In this document: positions 24,418 through 29,391 of the stretch, piece by piece
How positions within the stretch are numbered: the stretch's first letter is position 1
Layout: every line of letters begins with the position of its first letter
Assembly (NCBI GenBank): GCA_021847685.1
Contig: JAJZQE010000001.1
Coordinates: 1-29,391, forward strand
Reading direction: 5' to 3'
Length of the DNA stretch: 29,391 bases
Source of the DNA: a bacterium
GTDB lineage: Bacteria; Patescibacteriota; Saccharimonadia; Saccharimonadales; Saccharimonadaceae
The notes under the pieces: model-generated
Databases searched by the model: none
What the model was told of the DNA's origin: nothing
Seen by the model: only the letters and a program-made list of their open reading frames with translations
Made by a program: the position numbers and the translations under genes

Positions 24418-24852
24418 ATGATTTCATTGAAACGAACAAATCAGGGTGGGTCAGTACAGACATTCTTTATCATTGGTCTATTACTCGTGCTGGTCACGAT
24501 TGGTGCGGCACGTTATGTCGAATTGCGTGGTGCGCAGGTGCGGCGCGATCAGGCTATTGCACAGGCTGAAAAACAGCTAAAAACTGATCAGGCTTCGTCA
24601 AACTCCGGCAGTACGGCGACAAATTCCGGCGGTACAAATTCAGGACAAGTGGCGGCACCGTCAAGCTCGAGCAGCGGTACGTCATCACAACCATCAACCA
24701 CGACAACTCCAAGTGCTGTCGCTGGGTCTTCGGTTTTACCGACAACCGGTCCATCGACCACATCAATCATCAACATTGTATTTATTGGCTTACTGTCGGC
24801 TGTCACGGCTGCTTATCTTGCATCCCGTCGTCAGCTCGCTCGCTCTCTTTGA
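24418..24852 (+). CDS. Small surface protein: N-terminal TM, Ser/Thr-rich linker, LPTTG sorting signal
   Basis: LPTTG plus hydrophobic helix plus RRQLARS; promoter TTGTAA-17-TATAGT at 24362-24390. Confidence 0.8.
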   Translation: MISLKRTNQGGSVQTFFIIGLLLVLVTIGAARYVELRGAQVRRDQAIAQAEKQLKTDQASSNSGSTATNSGGTNSGQVAAPSSSSSGTSSQPSTTTTPSAVAGSSVLPTTGPSTTSIINIVFIGLLSAVTAAYLASRRQLARSL

Positions 24853-24877
24853 CTTAGACGTCTATTAGGGGTATAAT
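24849..24877 (+). promoter_or_regulatory. rpsA-infB promoter
   Basis: TTGACT-17-TATAAT. Confidence 0.75.
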
Positions 24878-24956
24878 TGTACGTAATCTAGGTGTGAGTG
24901 TCTTTTAGCGCGCGCCCCAAGAATATTAATTTAAGGAAGGAGTCTGAATAAGACTT

Positions 24957-26033
24957 ATGGCAAAAGCCACAATAACAATGGATGAATTGCTCGCTGGACT
25001 AGACGACAGCGTCAAGCAGTTAACGCAAGGTGAAGTAATCACTGGTAAAATTTTAGTAATTCGCAAACACGAAGTTTTGGTTGATCTAGGCGCACAAGGT
25101 ATTGGTCTTGTGCCACGACGCGAAGTCGGCTACTCACGCGCCCTAAATATTGGCGATGAAGTTACAGCTAGTATCGTTGATGCCGAGCTTGATAACGGTT
25201 ACGCGCTATTATCTCTCCGTAAAGCCGCCAAAGATCGTGGTTGGGACGAAGTTGCTGCCCGCATGGACAGTGGTGAAATTATCGAAGTTTCACCATACGA
25301 CGCTAACCGCGGCGGACTACTAGTAGAATTTGATGGTGTTCGTGGGTTCCTGCCGGTTTCTCAACTATCAGCCGAGCACTACCCACGAGTCGGCTCAAGT
25401 GACAAGGACGAAATTTTGCAACGTTTGAACGTTCTAATCGGACAGACTTTGAAAGTTCGTATCTTGGACTGTGACCGCAAAGCCAACAAGCTAATCTTTA
25501 GTGAAAAAGAAGCCATCAAAGACGGTCTATCGGCCCGATTTGAAAAACTTGCCGTTGGCGACAAGGTTAAGGGTGTCGTAACTGGTGTTGTTGACTTCGG
25601 CGTATTTGTTAACGTCGAAGGTATCGAAGGCCTAGTTCACATCAGTGAAATTAGCTGGGAGCGTGTTAACAATCCTGGCGATTACGTCAAGGTTGGTCAA
25701 ACAATCGACGCCAAGATTATCGCTATCGACAAAGACCGCCTAAGTCTAAGCATCAAGCAACTCAGCGAAGATCCTTGGATGAGTGAAGTCGAGCAATTCA
25801 AAAAGGGTGATAAAGTCGAAGGAACCGTAACGCGGATTACGCCATTTGGTGCCTTTGTCCAAATCAGCCCAGCCGTCGAAGCCCTAGTCCACGTTAGTGA
25901 ACTTGGTGGCGGTGATGATCAAGATCCTGAAAAGGTATTTACGCTAAACGAACGCAAAGAATTCGTTGTGCTTGATATCGAGAAGGAAAGCCGCAAAATC
26001 TCGCTTAGTTTGAACGCTAAAGCAAAAAAATAA
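24957..26033 (+). CDS. rpsA: 30S ribosomal protein S1 (four S1 domains)
   Basis: NRGGLLV..GVRGFLPVSQL, DFGVFV..EGLVHISEISW, PFGAFV..EALVHVSEL. Confidence 0.93.
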   Translation: MAKATITMDELLAGLDDSVKQLTQGEVITGKILVIRKHEVLVDLGAQGIGLVPRREVGYSRALNIGDEVTASIVDAELDNGYALLSLRKAAKDRGWDEVAARMDSGEIIEVSPYDANRGGLLVEFDGVRGFLPVSQLSAEHYPRVGSSDKDEILQRLNVLIGQTLKVRILDCDRKANKLIFSEKEAIKDGLSARFEKLAVGDKVKGVVTGVVDFGVFVNVEGIEGLVHISEISWERVNNPGDYVKVGQTIDAKIIAIDKDRLSLSIKQLSEDPWMSEVEQFKKGDKVEGTVTRITPFGAFVQISPAVEALVHVSELGGGDDQDPEKVFTLNERKEFVVLDIEKESRKISLSLNAKAKK

Positions 26034-26095
26034 TCTAAACAAGCTGACCTGGTCGCCCCTTCGGGGGCGATAAGCGGGTAGAAAGGAGCATTGTC

Positions 26096-27865
26096 ATGGC
26101 CGAGAAAGTTATCGTTGTTGCCGGCTCTATTACAGTTGGGGAACTCGCCGAAACGCTCAATCTACCCGTTACAAGTCTAATTGGCGAGCTGTTTAAAAAC
26201 GGTATCGTGGCGACGATTAATCAGCGCCTTGATTTTGAGACCGCCTCGATTATTGTCGAGGAATTGGGTCTGGACGTTGAGCTTCAAAAAAAGGACGTTT
26301 CGACGCTTAGTAACCACAAAACCCACCAATTATCTGACAAGGCGACTGCTCGTCCACCAATTGTTGCCGTCATGGGCCACGTTGACCACGGCAAGACTAG
26401 CCTGCTAGATTCGATTCTTGGTACCAAAGTTGCCGACAAAGAAGCTGGTGGTATTACGCAGCACATTAGCGCTTATCAAACGGTCCGTAATGGCCGCTCA
26501 ATTACGCTGCTTGATACTCCAGGACACGAAGCTTTTGCTGCTTTACGTCAGCATGGCGCCACTTTGACCGACGTGGTTATTATTGTGGTAGCTGGTGATG
26601 ATGGTGTGAAGCCGCAAACGGTTGAGGCGATTCGCTTTGCTAAATCAGCCAACGCCAAAATCGTCGTCGCCATTAACAAAATGGATAAAGAATCAGCTGA
26701 TGCTGATCGCGTCAAAGCCCAACTGGCGACCGAACATGGTCTTAACCCCGAAGAATGGGGTGGCGATACTGTTATGGTGGAAGTTAGCGCCAAGACCGGT
26801 AAGGGCGTTGATAAACTGCTTGATATGGTCCTACTGGTCGCTGATCTAGAAGAGTTAAAAGCCGACATTGACGCACCAGCCGAAGGCCTCGTGATTGAAT
26901 CACACATGGAAGTCGGTCGTGGTTCGGTTGTCGGTTTGTTAGTCGAACAGGGCGTTCTAAAACCGGGTCATTTCTTGGTGGCTGGCACCGCTTACGGCAA
27001 AGTCCGAACCTTGCTGGATTACATGGGCAAAACTCTCAAAGAAGCTGGTCCATCGACGCCCGTAACGATTACAGGGCTTAAGGAGCTACCGCAATTTGGT
27101 GATACTTTCTCGATTGTAAAGAGTGAAAAAGAAGCTCGTAGCGCCGTTATGGCTGCTCGGATTGAAAACGAAAAAAATGCCGCCAGTACTAATGTTACTG
27201 GGGCGGATTTACTTAAAATGATGAATCAGCAACATGACTCGCAGGAGTTTAATGTTATCGTTAAAGCCGACGTTCAAGGTTCGCTGACATCAGTTATCGA
27301 TAGTCTTCGTCTAATTGACGCCCACGGTGAGATTATCGTTCGAGTCGTCAGTAGTGGCGTCGGTAGTATCTCTGAAAATGACATTCGCACGGCCAACGAT
27401 GGCAACACGATTATTTATGGCTTTAATGTTAGCCTACCGCCTGCCGTTAAACAGCTAGCTGCCCGTGACAAGGTCCAGGTTCGTCTTTATAAAGTTATTT
27501 ACGAACTACTCGATGATGCTCGCGCCTCAATGGAAGCGATGCTTAAACCTGAAGTCGTCGAGACTGAGGTGGGTAAGCTGACAATCAAGGGTATCTTCCG
27601 AACACTTAAGGACGAGATTATCGCCGGTGGTGAGGTTACTAGTGGCAAAGTTTCAGCTGGCCTGCTTACCCGAGTAATTCGTGGTGGTGAACAAATTGCT
27701 GAAGTTGAAGTTATTAAAGTTCAACGTCAACAACAAGAAACCAAAGATGTGTTTGAAGGTGAAATGTGTGGCCTAAGCCTTAAGATTCACAAGAAACTTA
27801 TCATGGAAGAAGGCGACAAGCTCGAATTCTTCACCCGCGAACTAGTTAAACGTACGCTTAACTAG
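26096..27865 (+). CDS. infB: Translation initiation factor IF-2, short form (589 aa)
   Basis: RPPIVAVMGHVDHGKT, EAGGITQHI, DTPGHEAF, NKMD, KADVQGS. Confidence 0.98.
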   Translation: MAEKVIVVAGSITVGELAETLNLPVTSLIGELFKNGIVATINQRLDFETASIIVEELGLDVELQKKDVSTLSNHKTHQLSDKATARPPIVAVMGHVDHGKTSLLDSILGTKVADKEAGGITQHISAYQTVRNGRSITLLDTPGHEAFAALRQHGATLTDVVIIVVAGDDGVKPQTVEAIRFAKSANAKIVVAINKMDKESADADRVKAQLATEHGLNPEEWGGDTVMVEVSAKTGKGVDKLLDMVLLVADLEELKADIDAPAEGLVIESHMEVGRGSVVGLLVEQGVLKPGHFLVAGTAYGKVRTLLDYMGKTLKEAGPSTPVTITGLKELPQFGDTFSIVKSEKEARSAVMAARIENEKNAASTNVTGADLLKMMNQQHDSQEFNVIVKADVQGSLTSVIDSLRLIDAHGEIIVRVVSSGVGSISENDIRTANDGNTIIYGFNVSLPPAVKQLAARDKVQVRLYKVIYELLDDARASMEAMLKPEVVETEVGKLTIKGIFRTLKDEIIAGGEVTSGKVSAGLLTRVIRGGEQIAEVEVIKVQRQQQETKDVFEGEMCGLSLKIHKKLIMEEGDKLEFFTRELVKRTLN

Positions 27866-27956
27866 GCTTGTAACAATTATTATTGCTCTTAAGATTACCT
27901 GATGATATAATCCAGCATAGAAACAGTAGTAAAAAAACAAAAAAGGTGACATCAGC

Positions 27957-28274
27957 ATGCAGCAAGATGAGCTAGATAAATTTATTAATCAAATACTAGA
28001 CGAAAAGCAGCTGTCTGGTGTTAGTGATGAAGTTCGCGTGCAGCTTGTCGCAGACCTAAAAGAACGCTTAACTGACCAGATCAATCGTGCTCTTATAGAT
28101 ACCATTCCTGAACAAAAAATTGATGAGCTTAATAACTTACTCGATAACAGTGAAGTGACAGATGAACAAATTCAGCAATTCATTATTGATTGTGGTGTTG
28201 ACGATAAGAAAGTAGCGCTGGAGACTATGCTTCGTTTCGCAGAACTATACCTTGGACGCCAAGTTATAAAATAA
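27957..28274 (+). CDS. Hypothetical acidic helical protein (CPR type, DUF5663-like)
   Basis: 105 aa; promoter TTGCTC-17-TATAAT at 27883-27911; family call is from memory only. Confidence 0.75.
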   Translation: MQQDELDKFINQILDEKQLSGVSDEVRVQLVADLKERLTDQINRALIDTIPEQKIDELNNLLDNSEVTDEQIQQFIIDCGVDDKKVALETMLRFAELYLGRQVIK

Positions 28275-28278
28275 AACT

Positions 28279-29391
28279 ATGAACGAAAATCCGCAACCAT
28301 CGTCGGAAACAAAACTCAGCCTGGCTATAATCGACCAGTCATTTGACGCTGAACAGGCGGCACATCGCGAGGCGGTTAGATTACGAACTGAAAGACTAAA
28401 TGATGGTAACGCATTTTCAAGGTTCACAAAAAGTATTTGGGATAATATTGCCGGTGATTATATGCAGCTTCGCGATACAAGGCGTGCCAGGCAGGCAATT
28501 GAAGCCAATGGGCATGTCCAAATGTTCGAGCAGTCGGCCACCGAGGCAGAATCGACGCGTCTAGCGACAATTGATAGATTTACGAGTGAGTACGAGGAAA
28601 CTATACACGCGGAAGCCGGTGAGAAGCGAGAAATTTTGGATAGTGAGAATGAGCTAGCGGTCGAACTTAAACAAGTTATACGCAGAAATATTAACGGCGA
28701 ACTACCAGATGCGGCAGCTCACGAGGAAAGCCTGCGTATCTTGAACGTATATAGTGACAAGCATGGAGTTGAAGCTCTTAAAAATGGCAAGGTAATGACT
28801 GACAACTTTTTTGCTATTCGCGATGCAGTTTTAGGTGCAAAAGAGCATGGAGAGAGTGTAGACCGGGTACTTGAGAATATGACGGTTACAGTGGGAGAAT
28901 CACGATCGGATGTGCGAACCGAGGCGAACTATACGGTCGTCGATAGAGCAATTGATAAATTAAGTAAATCGAAGGTCGGGTCGTTAGTTGGTCCAGAGGT
29001 GGTGGCAACGACGGCAACACTGGCAGGTACATTGCTTCGGTTCGGTAGCAAAAAAGTAGTTGGCGCTGCGGCTATGACAGTTGTGCCTGGGGCTGCGGCC
29101 GGCTTATGGGCGGGTATAAGAGAAAATAAAAAAGTTAAGGATGAACGAGCGGACCATTTGCGCGACATGGCACGTGGTATGGAGTTTGAGGCGGGTTCAA
29201 AGCGTCGTGAAGATATGGATTCAACGCGCTATGAAATGGTTGAGGCTGGTACTTTGGCTGATGAGCTGCGGAGCCGATTCGATGAAGATGTCAATCTTGA
29301 TGACCATGATACCCTGAGGGGTTCAATTGACGCGCTGGCTGCGGTTCAGGCGCGCGTGCGTTTGTCTGATCAAAGAAAAATTGATTTAATT
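28279..29391 (+). CDS. Large hypothetical protein, runs off the window end (at least 371 aa)
   Basis: Open frame from ATG 28279: MNENPQPSSETKLSLAIIDQ...; Gly/Ala-rich hydrophobic segment; absent from the ORF track because it is partial. Confidence 0.85.
   Translation, partial: MNENPQPSSETKLSLAIIDQSFDAEQAAHREAVRLRTERLNDGNAFSRFTKSIWDNIAGDYMQLRDTRRARQAIEANGHVQMFEQSATEAESTRLATIDRFTSEYEETIHAEAGEKREILDSENELAVELKQVIRRNINGELPDAAAHEESLRILNVYSDKHGVEALKNGKVMTDNFFAIRDAVLGAKEHGESVDRVLENMTVTVGESRSDVRTEANYTVVDRAIDKLSKSKVGSLVGPEVVATTATLAGTLLRFGSKKVVGAAAMTVVPGAAAGLWAGIRENKKVKDERADHLRDMARGMEFEAGSKRREDMDSTRYEMVEAGTLADELRSRFDEDVNLDDHDTLRGSIDALAAVQARVRLSDQRKIDLI

Overview
Core-genome segment of a Saccharibacteria (TM7, CPR/Patescibacteria) chromosome, judged from TM7-type 16S signatures, reduced rRNA helices and CPR-type hypothetical proteins. 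In order: infC-rpmI-rplT and a YifB/ComM ATPase (minus strand); tmRNA with a 28-aa tag; a ~1.3 kb protein-free interval (3080-4379); a VirD4/TraG/HerA-like ATPase cluster; an LPXTG surface protein; gyrB-gyrA-DUF212; a split rRNA locus (16S | tRNA-Ala, tRNA-Ile | dCMP-deaminase-like gene | 23S-5S) with four large rRNA expansions; a KGG protein; a HEXXH/Zn-ribbon protein; a ROK kinase; a second LPXTG protein; rpsA-infB; two hypotheticals. The best novelty candidate is the interval after tmRNA. By eye it holds a promoter-driven, multi-branched ~330-nt RNA with alternative or pseudoknot pairings, a second structured region, and a ~100-nt sRNA converging on tmRNA. All structures were read manually; no folding or database search was run.
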